Source: an uncultured bacterium
GTDB taxonomy: Bacteria; Zixibacteria; MSB-5A5; GN15; FEB-12
Direction: 5' to 3'
DNA length: 62,093 nt
Assembly: GCA_965372795.1 (NCBI GenBank)
Contig: CBDVDR010000020.1
Location: 1 to 62,093 of the forward strand
The position numbers and the translations under genes were made by a program. Shown here one piece after another: positions 39,954 to 50,224 of the stretch. The notes beneath the pieces are model-generated. The model had not been told where the DNA came from. It did not search any database and worked only from the letters and a program-made list of their open reading frames with translations. How positions within the stretch are numbered: the stretch's first letter is position 1; each line of letters opens with the position of its first letter.

Positions 39954-40049
39954 TTTTTCTGCAAATTGTTATTAAATTAAAACTTGTTATTGTATTGCAC
40001 TACTATCTATATTTTGCTGTAATTTGAAGGAAAACTATGGGAGCAGCTT

Positions 40050-40688
40050 ATGAATATTGTAGATATAATTTTAATAGTTCTTTTATTAGCCTCTGTGATC
40101 GTTGGTTCTAAAAAAGGATTGATTCGGGAATTGATGGCTTTTACAATCTTTTTTGCAGCAATCATTGTATCTGTCAACTACATAGATGATTTTGCGATTA
40201 TCGTCCATTCAAAACTTGGCGGTTCGACCCTTATCTCGGCATTTCTATCATTCGTCGTCTTATTAGCACTAACTTATGCTGCTTTCAAATTAACAGGATT
40301 GTTATTTTATAAAATTGCTAATTTGAAATCCAACCCCAAACGCGATCAAATGGGCGGTGCCTTGATTGGTTTTCTCCGAGGATGGGTTGCGGTCGGCTTT
40401 TTGACCTTTTTAACTTTCCTCCTCCCTATGCCTGACCGGTATTATGAAGAATTTGAAGATTCTTTCTTTGGACCGGCAATCGCTAAAACTATCCCATTAA
40501 TGTTTGAAACCACGACTGTCTTACACCCCAACACTCCTGATTTTATCGGTCAAATTGAAAAAACCCTCTTAGGTGATGGTAGTAATAACCAGATCAGTCA
40601 AGGGATGATGAAAGAAGAACGCCAGCAGGTTTACCGGGTTCTTTATCGGATGGAAAAATTCTTCAAAACCGGACTTGAGGAAACTTAA
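40050..40688 (+). CDS. CvpA family protein
   Basis: DIIL...G.KKGLIRE, DQMGGALIGFLRG. Confidence 0.85.
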   Translation: MNIVDIILIVLLLASVIVGSKKGLIRELMAFTIFFAAIIVSVNYIDDFAIIVHSKLGGSTLISAFLSFVVLLALTYAAFKLTGLLFYKIANLKSNPKRDQMGGALIGFLRGWVAVGFLTFLTFLLPMPDRYYEEFEDSFFGPAIAKTIPLMFETTTVLHPNTPDFIGQIEKTLLGDGSNNQISQGMMKEERQQVYRVLYRMEKFFKTGLEET

Positions 40689-40724
40689 AAGCGATATTGT
40701 TTTTACAAACGATCTACGTATATT

Positions 40725-40748
40725 AAACCGGCATAAGCCGGTTTTTTT
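40725..40748 (+). terminator. Intrinsic terminator after cvpA
   Basis: AAACCGGC-ATAA-GCCGGTTTTTTT. Confidence 0.7.
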
Positions 40749-40770
40749 ATTTTTGAAATTATGGGATGAA

Positions 40771-43134
40771 ATGATAGATAAACATACCTTACAAACCTTA
40801 GAATTCCCGAAAGTAATATCTCTTATTTCTGGAAAATGCCTCACCCCGTTCGGCAAGAATGAAGTCCTGGAAATTAAACCACTATATGATAAACCGGCAA
40901 TAGTCAGACGCTTAAAAGAAGTCTCCGAAATGAAAGATATTTTAAATTTTGGCGACCCCTTCCCTCTTACGCGCGTTGATGATTGTCACGAGGAAATTAT
41001 ACAATCTGATGTTGAAGGTCATCACCTGATCCCTGAAGATATAATTAAAATATTACAGCTCATAAATCTCTCAATCGAACTCAACAAATACAGCCGGGAA
41101 GAACATGAAAAATTTCCATCAATCGCAGAATATCTGACCACTATCAGAGCCTTCCCGGAACTTAAAAAAGAAATTCTCCGAACTATCGATGAAAATGGTG
41201 ACATTCGCGACAATGCCTCTCAGGCTCTTAGAAAAATACGTTCCGAACTGTCTGAGACCCGGCGTCGAATTATCGGACAACTCGATAAAATAATTTCCGG
41301 TCAAAAAAAACAGGCTGGCTGGCAGGATGATGTCGTTACTATTCGCAACGATAGATATGTCATCCCGGTTCCGGCAAACAACTACCGTTCTGATATCGGT
41401 ATCCTTCATGACCGTTCCCAATCGGGTGCAACCTTCTTCATCGAACCGCAACAGACCGTTGAGATGAATAACCGCATCCATCTATTGATTCAGGAAGAAA
41501 AATATGAGATCACCAGAATCCTGATCGCTCTGACAAAAGAGATTGCCATTCGAAAAGAACCTCTATTAGAAAATTGCCGCTTGATAGGCGTAATTGATTC
41601 AATTCATGCCTGTGCTCAGTTCTCAAATCAAATATCAGGATTGGCTCCGGTTATTACCAATGAAACCGCTGAATTTGATTTTATAAATATCCGCCATCCG
41701 CTTTTAATAACCCAGTTCGGTTCTATTAAAAAAGTTGTTCCCAATAATCTTAATCTTAATAAAGACCGACAGGCAATCCTTGTTACCGGACCAAACACCG
41801 GCGGCAAAACTATCTGCCTGAAAACAATCGGACTCTCAATTGCCATGGCCCAATCGGGTTTGCATATCTCAGCTGAAGAAAACTCAAGCATTGGACTTTT
41901 TGATAAAATTTTTGCCGACATCGGTGATGAACAGTCCATCGAACAATCGCTCTCGACTTTCTCATCTCATATCAGAAATATTATTACCGGGATCAAAAAT
42001 GCCTCCGAATCCACCCTGCTTCTTTTTGATGAAATCGGTGCCGGCACCGATCCCAAAGAAGGCTCTGCCCTGGCAGAATCAATTATTATTTACACCCTTG
42101 AAAAGGGCACCCGGATGCTGGTCACCACTCATTATTCCCAACTAAAAACTCTGGCCATGGAATATCCTCAAATTGAAAACGGATCATTTGAGTTTAATCG
42201 GGAAACTCTCTCCCCAACCTTTGAAATTAGAATCGGAATGCCCGGGTCATCTTATGCGGTTGAGATTGCCGGAAGATTGGGGATGCCGGATGAAATTTGC
42301 AAAAATGCCTCGGACTTAGTCGGCAGCAGTGAAAAATCTGTTTCGGCCCTAATCGCCTCGCTTGAAGCCGAGCTGTTGCAGGTTAAAAACGATAAACTTA
42401 AATTATCAGAACAGCTAACCAATGCTCAGGAACTTGAAGATTACTTGAAAACAGAAACTGATAAAATAAAGAATAATTCGGAAGAAGTTTTAAAAAATTC
42501 GGTTCAGGATACCGAGAAATTCCTTGAGGATATGCGTAAAGATATCGAACATCTGGTCCAGGACATCCGCTCTTCTCAAGCCTCCAAAGAATCGTTAAAA
42601 ACATTCCATGAAAAACTTCGTCACAGCGAAAGCGAAGTTAAAAAACAGAAAAAGAAGTTATCCAAAAAAACCGAAATCGACCCGTCAACTTTTGATGTCG
42701 GTGATTCAGTCGAAATTATCAGTCTGGGACATAATGGCGAAATTGAAGAATTAATCGGGAATGATCGTGCCCGTATTAGAGTCGGTAATATCTTAACGAC
42801 CGTTGAAATAAGAAATCTCAGAAAAACCGACAGCGCAATTAAATCTCCAAAAAAAATTAAAACCAGCTTATACAATATACAGGAGACAGAATCGAACCAG
42901 ATCCATCTTCGCGGGATGACTGCTGATGAAGCGACTGAAGCTTTGGAAAGATTTTTGGATCGAGCTGTTATTATAGGGTTTGAACAGGTTTATGTAATTC
43001 ATGGCAAAGGCACGGGAAGATTAAGAAATTCTTTGACTAAATACTTGAAAGGTAGAAACGAAGTTGCTTCATTACGACTGGGTGATTTCAACGAAGGCGG
43101 AGCCGGAGTAACTGTCGTCAAACTTTATAATTGA
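40771..43134 (+). CDS. mutS2: Endonuclease MutS2
   Basis: LEFPKV, TGPNTGGKT, STFSSH, DEIGAGTDP, C-terminal Smr domain (HLRG, IHGKGTG); start moved to ATG 40771, downstream of the terminator. Confidence 0.95.
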   Translation: MIDKHTLQTLEFPKVISLISGKCLTPFGKNEVLEIKPLYDKPAIVRRLKEVSEMKDILNFGDPFPLTRVDDCHEEIIQSDVEGHHLIPEDIIKILQLINLSIELNKYSREEHEKFPSIAEYLTTIRAFPELKKEILRTIDENGDIRDNASQALRKIRSELSETRRRIIGQLDKIISGQKKQAGWQDDVVTIRNDRYVIPVPANNYRSDIGILHDRSQSGATFFIEPQQTVEMNNRIHLLIQEEKYEITRILIALTKEIAIRKEPLLENCRLIGVIDSIHACAQFSNQISGLAPVITNETAEFDFINIRHPLLITQFGSIKKVVPNNLNLNKDRQAILVTGPNTGGKTICLKTIGLSIAMAQSGLHISAEENSSIGLFDKIFADIGDEQSIEQSLSTFSSHIRNIITGIKNASESTLLLFDEIGAGTDPKEGSALAESIIIYTLEKGTRMLVTTHYSQLKTLAMEYPQIENGSFEFNRETLSPTFEIRIGMPGSSYAVEIAGRLGMPDEICKNASDLVGSSEKSVSALIASLEAELLQVKNDKLKLSEQLTNAQELEDYLKTETDKIKNNSEEVLKNSVQDTEKFLEDMRKDIEHLVQDIRSSQASKESLKTFHEKLRHSESEVKKQKKKLSKKTEIDPSTFDVGDSVEIISLGHNGEIEELIGNDRARIRVGNILTTVEIRNLRKTDSAIKSPKKIKTSLYNIQETESNQIHLRGMTADEATEALERFLDRAVIIGFEQVYVIHGKGTGRLRNSLTKYLKGRNEVASLRLGDFNEGGAGVTVVKLYN

Positions 43135-43135
43135 T

Positions 43136-44857
43136 ATGATACCTCAGGAAACCATAGATCAGATTCGTCAAGCAACTGACATTGTCCAGTTGATCGGTGA
43201 ATATCTGCGTCTGAAAAAACGTGGACGAAACTCATTGGCTTTGTGTCCTTTCCACACCGAAAAGACACCCTCGTTTAATGTTTCCTCTGACAAACAAATA
43301 TTTCATTGTTTCGGGTGCGGCAAAGGCGGCAATATTTATACCTTCCTTATGGAACATGAAAAAATGTCCTTTGTCGAAGCCGTACGATTTTTAGCCCAAC
43401 GGGCAAATATTACGATTCAGGAAGAAAAAGAAACCGATTATAATCGTGAAAGATTTGAACGTCTTAATTTTGCCAATCAGGTTGCCGTAGAATTTTACCA
43501 TAACCAGCTTAAACTCCCCCGATATAAAGCTGTCCTTGAAGATTATCTAACCGCAAAAAGAAACATCTCGGCCGATGCCATTGAATATTTCAAACTCGGA
43601 CTTGCCGGTGAAGAATGGGATGGGCTGTTAAACTATGCCTCTAAAAAAGGTTTAAAAGCTGAAGACCTGATGGATGCCGGACTGGTTTTAAAATCTGAAA
43701 AAAAACAAAATTATTTCGACCGCTTCCGCACCCGCCTCATGATCCCTATTTTTAATCTTAGCCGTAAACCGATTGCCTTTGGAGGAAGAACTCTCAAAAA
43801 AGGCGAACCGGCAAAATATATGAATTCGCCCGAGACCGCTTTGTATATCAAAGGAAATATATTATACAACTTGATCAATGCCCGCGACAGTATCCGTAAA
43901 TCCAAACAGGTTTTTGTTGTCGAGGGTTACTTTGATGTTATCTCGCTCTGGCAGATTGGAATTGAAAACGTCGTCGCTTCATCAGGCACAGCCTTCACCC
44001 AGCAACAGGCGCGGCTGTTGGCACGATTTGCCGAGGAGGTTTATCTTTTCTTTGATGCTGACTCTGCCGGACGAAACGCAGCTTTAAAATCTGTTGACTC
44101 GCTCTATGATGCCGGACTGGAAGTAAAAGTAATCGAACCGCCGGATGGTGAAGACCCTGATTCAATCGCCCAAAAATTCGGTCCTGAAAAAATTGAAGAA
44201 CTTAAAACAAACGCCATCGGCTTTATACCTTTCCGGGTAAGAAACCTTGATCTTAAAACAACCGGAATAATCGGCAAAGAAAAGCTGATAAAAGAACTTT
44301 CACTAATCGGAACTAAAATAATAGATCCTACCAGAAGAACTTTGTTTTTCCAGGAAGCATCAGGATACTTAAATGTTGACCCCACTATTTTCAATGTCGG
44401 GCAAAAAGGACAGACAATTTCTAATATTCCCCCTTCGCATTCAAAAAAATTCGACCCCTATGAGTCAGAGCTGTTATCTCTTCTATTTAACAACCCGGGA
44501 AATATTGATAGTGTCCTTAGTAAAATTTCAGAAGAGGATTTCGATTCCCGTGATCTTGCCCGGGTGTACGCTGCCATCACCACCCAATATAATTCGTCCG
44601 GAGTAGTTGACGCTCAAAAGCTGATTGACAACAATCCTGATGTAGAATTTATCTCTCTGATAACAAAAATAGCTTCCAAAGAATGGGATCACACTATCAT
44701 TGATTCTGAAACCACTAAAATGGCAACTCAGATTCTTGAAAATAAAAAACGAAGAATTAGAAATTCTCTTAAACAACAATTAGCCGATGCTGAAAATGCC
44801 GGCGACAACGATAAAGCCGCTTCCATACAGGAAGAAATTAAACGGTACGGATTTTGA
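43136..44857 (+). CDS. dnaG: DNA primase
   Basis: CPFH.EKTPSF, CFGCG, KYMNSPET, VEGYFD, FDADSAG. Confidence 0.97.
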   Translation: MIPQETIDQIRQATDIVQLIGEYLRLKKRGRNSLALCPFHTEKTPSFNVSSDKQIFHCFGCGKGGNIYTFLMEHEKMSFVEAVRFLAQRANITIQEEKETDYNRERFERLNFANQVAVEFYHNQLKLPRYKAVLEDYLTAKRNISADAIEYFKLGLAGEEWDGLLNYASKKGLKAEDLMDAGLVLKSEKKQNYFDRFRTRLMIPIFNLSRKPIAFGGRTLKKGEPAKYMNSPETALYIKGNILYNLINARDSIRKSKQVFVVEGYFDVISLWQIGIENVVASSGTAFTQQQARLLARFAEEVYLFFDADSAGRNAALKSVDSLYDAGLEVKVIEPPDGEDPDSIAQKFGPEKIEELKTNAIGFIPFRVRNLDLKTTGIIGKEKLIKELSLIGTKIIDPTRRTLFFQEASGYLNVDPTIFNVGQKGQTISNIPPSHSKKFDPYESELLSLLFNNPGNIDSVLSKISEEDFDSRDLARVYAAITTQYNSSGVVDAQKLIDNNPDVEFISLITKIASKEWDHTIIDSETTKMATQILENKKRRIRNSLKQQLADAENAGDNDKAASIQEEIKRYGF

Positions 44858-46509
44858 TGCTTCAAAGTTTATCTATAGAAAACTTAGCCTTACTTAAAAA
44901 AGCTGAACTGACCTTTGAAAATGGGATGTCGGTTTTAACCGGTGAAACCGGTGCGGGTAAATCTGTAATTATAACTGCCCTCTCCCTCGCTCTCGGTGCC
45001 AGAGCTGAAAAAGAATGGATCAGGCATGGCGCCAAATTTACTTCGGTTGAAGCAGCTTTCGATATATCATTTCTACCGTCTTCGTTGAAATCTTCATATA
45101 AAGAATTAATGAGTGACAACTCTCTGAAAATCTATCGTGAATTTTCAACTGAAGGTTCATCAAAAATAAAAATAAACGGACAATCAGTTTCATTGACCCG
45201 CTTAAAAGAGATTACCGCATCAATTGCAGAAATTCTTGGTCAACACGCCAATCAGGAACTAATGAACGAAAACAATCATCTCAGGTTTCTTGATCGGCTG
45301 GCAAAACTGGATAAAGATCGTGATTTGGTGACTGAGATTTATAACCGATGGCGAAAATCTGCTGATGAATTAAAAAAAATAATAAACCGTCAGGAACAGC
45401 TCATGAATGAGCGGGAGCTTCTGCTGTTTCAAAAAAATGAAATCGAAAACTCAAGCATACAAATCGGAGAAGAAGAAAAATTATCCGCCGAGTTGAAAAT
45501 CCTAAGTTCAGCCCAAAACCTGATAACCTCTGCCTCGCTGGTTCAAAATATTTTAAATAGTGAAGAAGATTCATTAACCGACCGGATTTCAAGATGCAAA
45601 AAAGAGATTAGCAAAATGTCGGAAGTTGATCAGACACTTGAAAAGCAAGTTGAAGAATTAACCGATCTTGAATACCGGCTTGATGATTTCCGCCGATTTA
45701 TCGAACAGTATGGTTCATCAATTGTAGATAATCCGGCTCGAATCGAAGAGATAAATCTGAGACTTGATGAAATTTACAAACTAAAAAAGAAATATGGCGG
45801 CTCGGAACCTGCCATACTTGAATCATTAATCCTAATTAATGAAAAATTAAAAAATAATCCCGATGTTAAAGGGCTGATCGAAACCCTTGAACTTGAAACT
45901 CATAAACTATTTAAAGAATATTCACTATCAGCCTTAAAACTTTCAAACGATAGAAAAAAAGCAGCCGGTAAACTTGAGAAACTGGTTCTGAAAGAACTCA
46001 AAGAGCTTGCGATTGATAATGGCGGCTTCAAATTTGAATTTATTTATGAAGCTGACCCGCAAGGCGTTATTATTAACGGAAAAGCGGTCAAACCATTTCC
46101 ATCGGGTCTTGAAAACGGACGAATCCTGTTTTCAGCAAACCCGGGCGAACCTCTGAAATCTCTGGTGAAAACAGCCTCCGGCGGTGAAATTTCAAGAGTT
46201 CTTCTCGCCTTAAAATCTGCCGAATCAGCCCAGAATAAAAAACATCGACCGGTTTTAGTTTTCGATGAAGTTGATGCTGGCATTGGCGGTAAAACCGGGA
46301 TAGAGGTTGGCAAAAAATTGAAAAAACTATCGAATAATGGCCAGTTAATTGTTGTAACTCATCTGCATCAAATTGCCCGACTTGCCGACCATCATTATCT
46401 TGCTGAAAAATCAGGTAAAAGCCGAAGTCTGATAAATGTCAAAAAATTAACCCAAAACGAGATAAAAGATGAACTTAAGCGGATGGTTGCTCTGCCTGAG
46501 CCTGCTTAA
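44857..46509 (+). CDS. recN: DNA repair protein RecN
   Basis: TGETGAGKS, ASGGEISR, FDEVDAGIGG, VTHLHQ; TGATG overlap with dnaG. Confidence 0.96.
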   Translation: MLQSLSIENLALLKKAELTFENGMSVLTGETGAGKSVIITALSLALGARAEKEWIRHGAKFTSVEAAFDISFLPSSLKSSYKELMSDNSLKIYREFSTEGSSKIKINGQSVSLTRLKEITASIAEILGQHANQELMNENNHLRFLDRLAKLDKDRDLVTEIYNRWRKSADELKKIINRQEQLMNERELLLFQKNEIENSSIQIGEEEKLSAELKILSSAQNLITSASLVQNILNSEEDSLTDRISRCKKEISKMSEVDQTLEKQVEELTDLEYRLDDFRRFIEQYGSSIVDNPARIEEINLRLDEIYKLKKKYGGSEPAILESLILINEKLKNNPDVKGLIETLELETHKLFKEYSLSALKLSNDRKKAAGKLEKLVLKELKELAIDNGGFKFEFIYEADPQGVIINGKAVKPFPSGLENGRILFSANPGEPLKSLVKTASGGEISRVLLALKSAESAQNKKHRPVLVFDEVDAGIGGKTGIEVGKKLKKLSNNGQLIVVTHLHQIARLADHHYLAEKSGKSRSLINVKKLTQNEIKDELKRMVALPEPA

Positions 46510-46610
46510 TTGTTATTTTTTAATTGAATTATCTCTCTATTTTATCAAAATTATAAAAAATCGTAAAAAAACGAATAATTCTGTGAATATTTTTTGGATC
46601 AGTCGGTAAT

Positions 46611-47189
46611 ATGAATAGAAATGAAACTTACAGTTCGGGCAATGATATGGATCGGACATTGATAATGCAGATTAAATCCGGCAACAAAAAAGCTCTGGGA
46701 CAGCTTGTTGATCGCCATAAAAAATTGGCTTTTCAGGTTGCCCTCGGACTGGTCGGAAACAGAGATGATGCCTACGATATTTCTCAGGAGGCGTTTTTAC
46801 GCGTTTATAAATCTGCCGATACTTTTGACTCTGAAAAACCTTTCCTCCCCTGGTTTTATACAATCATCACCAACTTGAGTAAAACCTGGCTTCGTCGCCG
46901 GGCTAACAAAGAAAATAAATCGGTTGATATTGATGATGTCTCATTCCTGATGATTACCGATGACAACCCTGAAAAAGAACTGATCCGAAAAGAAACTATC
47001 TCACGATTAAGAATAGCCTTAACCGAATTATCTTTTGAAGACCGGGAAATTATCAATCTGCAGCATTTTCGCAGCATGTCTTATGATGAAATTGCGGCGA
47101 TGCTTGATATTCCAAGAGGCACAGTCATGTCACGTCTTTACTATGCTCGAAAAAAACTTGCCCAGTTGATGGGAGAAAATGATGAATAA
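46611..47189 (+). CDS. ECF RNA polymerase sigma factor
   Basis: DAYDISQEAF, PWFYTI, SYDEIAAML.IPRGTVMSRL; true start may be a later ATG. Confidence 0.92.
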   Translation: MNRNETYSSGNDMDRTLIMQIKSGNKKALGQLVDRHKKLAFQVALGLVGNRDDAYDISQEAFLRVYKSADTFDSEKPFLPWFYTIITNLSKTWLRRRANKENKSVDIDDVSFLMITDDNPEKELIRKETISRLRIALTELSFEDREIINLQHFRSMSYDEIAAMLDIPRGTVMSRLYYARKKLAQLMGENDE

Positions 47190-47625
47190 CCGTATCGAAG
47201 AAATGCTTGCCGGATACGTCGACGGGGAACTCTCCGAGGAAGAAAAACACACTTTCGAAGAAGAACTCCAACGCAACCCGCAACTGCAGGCTGAATTAAA
47301 AAAGTTTAACGCCCTCAAGGAGGTGACCGGTTTGATTAAATATGCTGATCTCCCTGAAGAAGTTTGGGAGTCATATTGGCAATCGCTTTATAAAAAACTC
47401 GAACGTGGAATTGGATGGATATCCCTCTCATTAGGAGCTATCATTCTCGTCGGCTATGGATTGTTTGAATTCTTTAGTCAGCTATATATTGACCCCGAAG
47501 TTCCGATCATTATCAAAATCGGAGCCTCAGCATTAACCGTCGGACTGGCAATTTTATCGGTCTCTTTAATTCGTGAAAGATTTTTTGCCTACCGCCGTGA
47601 CCGTTACAAGGAGGTTTCTCGATGA
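47179..47625 (+). CDS. Putative anti-sigma factor with two TM segments
   Basis: LAGYVDGELS N-terminal motif; overlaps the ECF sigma gene. Confidence 0.8.
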   Translation: MMNNRIEEMLAGYVDGELSEEEKHTFEEELQRNPQLQAELKKFNALKEVTGLIKYADLPEEVWESYWQSLYKKLERGIGWISLSLGAIILVGYGLFEFFSQLYIDPEVPIIIKIGASALTVGLAILSVSLIRERFFAYRRDRYKEVSR

Positions 47626-47942
47626 TCATAACCAGCTGTGAAAACATCTCAGGTAAAAAAATTGTCAAAACTATCGGCCTCGTCAAAGGCAACACTATCC
47701 GTGCCCGTCATATCGGACGTGACATCGCCGCCGCCCTCCGCGGAATTATCGGCGGGGAAATTGTCGAATACACCAAACTGATCGCCGAGTCGAGAGAACA
47801 ATCAATCGACCGCATGGTTGTCGATGCCACCAAACAAGGCGCCAATGCTATCATCATGGTCCGTTTCTCAACCTCCGAAATCATGAAAGGCGCCGCCGAA
47901 CTCCTTGCCTATGGCACAGCTGTGATTATCGAAGACGAATAA
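47622..47942 (+). CDS. YbjQ family protein
   Basis: GRDI.A.LRGIIGGEI.EYT, GANAII, AYGTAV. Confidence 0.92.
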   Translation: MIITSCENISGKKIVKTIGLVKGNTIRARHIGRDIAAALRGIIGGEIVEYTKLIAESREQSIDRMVVDATKQGANAIIMVRFSTSEIMKGAAELLAYGTAVIIEDE

Positions 47943-47981
47943 GCATTTTTAAGATTGTAACAAAACCTATCCTATTAAATT

Positions 47982-48027
47982 TCACCCTGAGCGGAGTCGA
48001 AGGGTGACAGACTCCGCTCGAGATGAC
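47982..48027. repeat. Palindromic intergenic element of a second type
   Basis: TCACCCT-GAGCGGAGTC-GA-AGGGTGA-CA-GACTCCGCTC; two interleaved inverted repeats. Confidence 0.55.
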
Positions 48028-48098
48028 TATCCATAACTTTATCGTTAGTCTTGTGTCTAAAACTTGACATAGAGACAACTCTTGTCTTTTATTTACCT

Positions 48099-50177
48099 AT
48101 GTCTAATTTATCCTTTTCAAAAAAAACCAAGCTGTCCTATATCTACCCCAGCCTGTTTTTATTCTCAACCTACCTCCTCAGCCTGCTCCTCTTTTTCACC
48201 TACCGCCTCTATTTCATCCAATCCTTCGCAGACCGCTTGCTTGATGAAACACTCTGGGAAATCGCCGACTGCTTCCTCACCGGACTGCGGTTCGACACCC
48301 TCATCACAGCCTATTTCCTTTTCCCGTTAGTTCTCGTTTTCCCCTGGCTCAGACTTCAAAACAAATATGTCAAAATCCTCACTCTGATTTACCTGCCCGC
48401 CATCTTCTCCTTCACAACTATCGCCCTTCTTGCCGATGTCGGTTTCTACCGCTTCTTCGACACCCACTTAAACTACCTCGCCTATGAATACATCGGGGAG
48501 GGCGCCCTGTTTGCTGATCTGGTCGTATCATCCCCCAACTATTTTGAACGATTAGTCGCCTGGGTAATCATTTCAATAATTCTATTTTTCGCTATAAAAT
48601 TCCTTTATAACTATTTCAAAAACCGCGAACCGGTCAATGCCCCTTACAAAATCACCCCTCGCCTATTTATCTGGCTGGCACTGATTGTACTCTCTTTCAT
48701 AGGTGCGCGCGGAAGACTCGGACTTGCCCCTTTAGACTGGGGAGCCGCCTTCAAAAGCCAAAACCACTTCGTCAATCAAATCCCCCTCAACGGCTTATAC
48801 ACTCTCTCCCGCTCCTACCTTGAGGATGACCACGACCCGCGCCTTGTCTATCTGGATGAAAACGACCGCTTCCCATTCATCGACTCAGACTCAGCCTTAA
48901 ACTATGTCAGGGAAACATTAATTAACGACAATGAAAATTATTTAGATGATACCAGTCTATTTCGGACTGTTAATTCATCTGATTTATACGGGCATGATTT
49001 CAAAGTCAATGTTGTGATTGTCCTGATGGAAAGCTGGCCTGCGCGCAACACCGGACTGTTGGAACGACGAGATCAACCGTTGAACCTCACCCCCAATTTT
49101 GACCGGCTTGCTTCTGAGGGGATTTTGTTCACCAATTTTTATGCTAACGGTACCCGCACCAACTATGGACTCGGCGCCACGCTCTGCTCTTTCCCATCCC
49201 TGCCCGGTCGTGCGATTCTGAAACGATACAACGCCAACCATCCTTTTAGAACCCTGTCCGAGATACTTAGCGAACGGGGTTATTTCAATCTGTTTGCCTA
49301 TGGCGGTGATCTGCTTTTTGATAATGTCGAGGGCTTTTTTAAACAGAAAAAATATGACCGTTTTCTCAGTGTCGATGATTTCGGGTCGGAAAATGAATTT
49401 TCAAAATGGGGTATCCCCGATCAGATTCTTTTTGAAAAGGTTGCCCTGCAATTTGACTCGCTCCCCCGTCCGTTCAATCTCACCATGCTGACGTTGTCCA
49501 ACCATGAACCGTTTGACCTGCCCGATTCTTCGATGCGGAGATTCATGGATAACTCGGACAGTTCCAAAATTTACAACGCCCAGATTTATGCCGACTTCGC
49601 TTTAGGCGAGTTTATTGAATTGATAAAACAACACCCCGTGTCTGATAGTACGATTTTTGTTCTCACCGCTGACCATTGTAAACTTCTCCCCCATCAACGG
49701 TTTTTGATCCCCGACAATTTCCACATCCCCCTTCTTATTTACTCACCTAATAAGAATTTAATTAATGATAAACGTGACGAAGTCACTAATCAAAGTAACG
49801 CAGTTACAGGAAGCCAAGTAGACTTACTCCCGACAATCATGGGATTGCTAGGCGGTGAGTATACGCATTCTAATTGGGGACGCGACTTATTGAACCTTCC
49901 CGGTCGTAAAGAAGACATTGAAAATAATAATACGATTAATAATCGTCGAGGGTTTGCAATTTTCAATTCAGCTAATCGGATTGGTTATGTTGATGACGAA
50001 TTCTTTTATGCTGAACGCTTGGGCATCGTGACCGAGTTTTACGAACTGGAAAGTTTGCGTAATCGGATTTATGAGGATGTGACGGATAAATATCCAGATA
50101 GATTTAACTGGATTCAGAGTAAAATCCATAACTACATGCAGACCGCCGACCAACTCTCCACACCGAGAACGCAATAA
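48099..50177 (+). CDS. LTA synthase / sulfatase-like membrane protein
   Basis: N-terminal TM domain (GLRFD), NVVIVLMES, NGTRT, TLSNHEPF, TADH, HIPLLIY. Confidence 0.9.
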   Translation: MSNLSFSKKTKLSYIYPSLFLFSTYLLSLLLFFTYRLYFIQSFADRLLDETLWEIADCFLTGLRFDTLITAYFLFPLVLVFPWLRLQNKYVKILTLIYLPAIFSFTTIALLADVGFYRFFDTHLNYLAYEYIGEGALFADLVVSSPNYFERLVAWVIISIILFFAIKFLYNYFKNREPVNAPYKITPRLFIWLALIVLSFIGARGRLGLAPLDWGAAFKSQNHFVNQIPLNGLYTLSRSYLEDDHDPRLVYLDENDRFPFIDSDSALNYVRETLINDNENYLDDTSLFRTVNSSDLYGHDFKVNVVIVLMESWPARNTGLLERRDQPLNLTPNFDRLASEGILFTNFYANGTRTNYGLGATLCSFPSLPGRAILKRYNANHPFRTLSEILSERGYFNLFAYGGDLLFDNVEGFFKQKKYDRFLSVDDFGSENEFSKWGIPDQILFEKVALQFDSLPRPFNLTMLTLSNHEPFDLPDSSMRRFMDNSDSSKIYNAQIYADFALGEFIELIKQHPVSDSTIFVLTADHCKLLPHQRFLIPDNFHIPLLIYSPNKNLINDKRDEVTNQSNAVTGSQVDLLPTIMGLLGGEYTHSNWGRDLLNLPGRKEDIENNNTINNRRGFAIFNSANRIGYVDDEFFYAERLGIVTEFYELESLRNRIYEDVTDKYPDRFNWIQSKIHNYMQTADQLSTPRTQ

Positions 50178-50224
50178 CTTTTATAGTGACACACCTCATT
50201 TGATATGAAATTCTGTTGACGGTA

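Noticed and set aside
40675..40770. Long N-terminus of MutS2 from the ORF track
   Set aside because: It overlaps the cvpA end and a terminator hairpin; MutS2 homology starts at MIDKHTL
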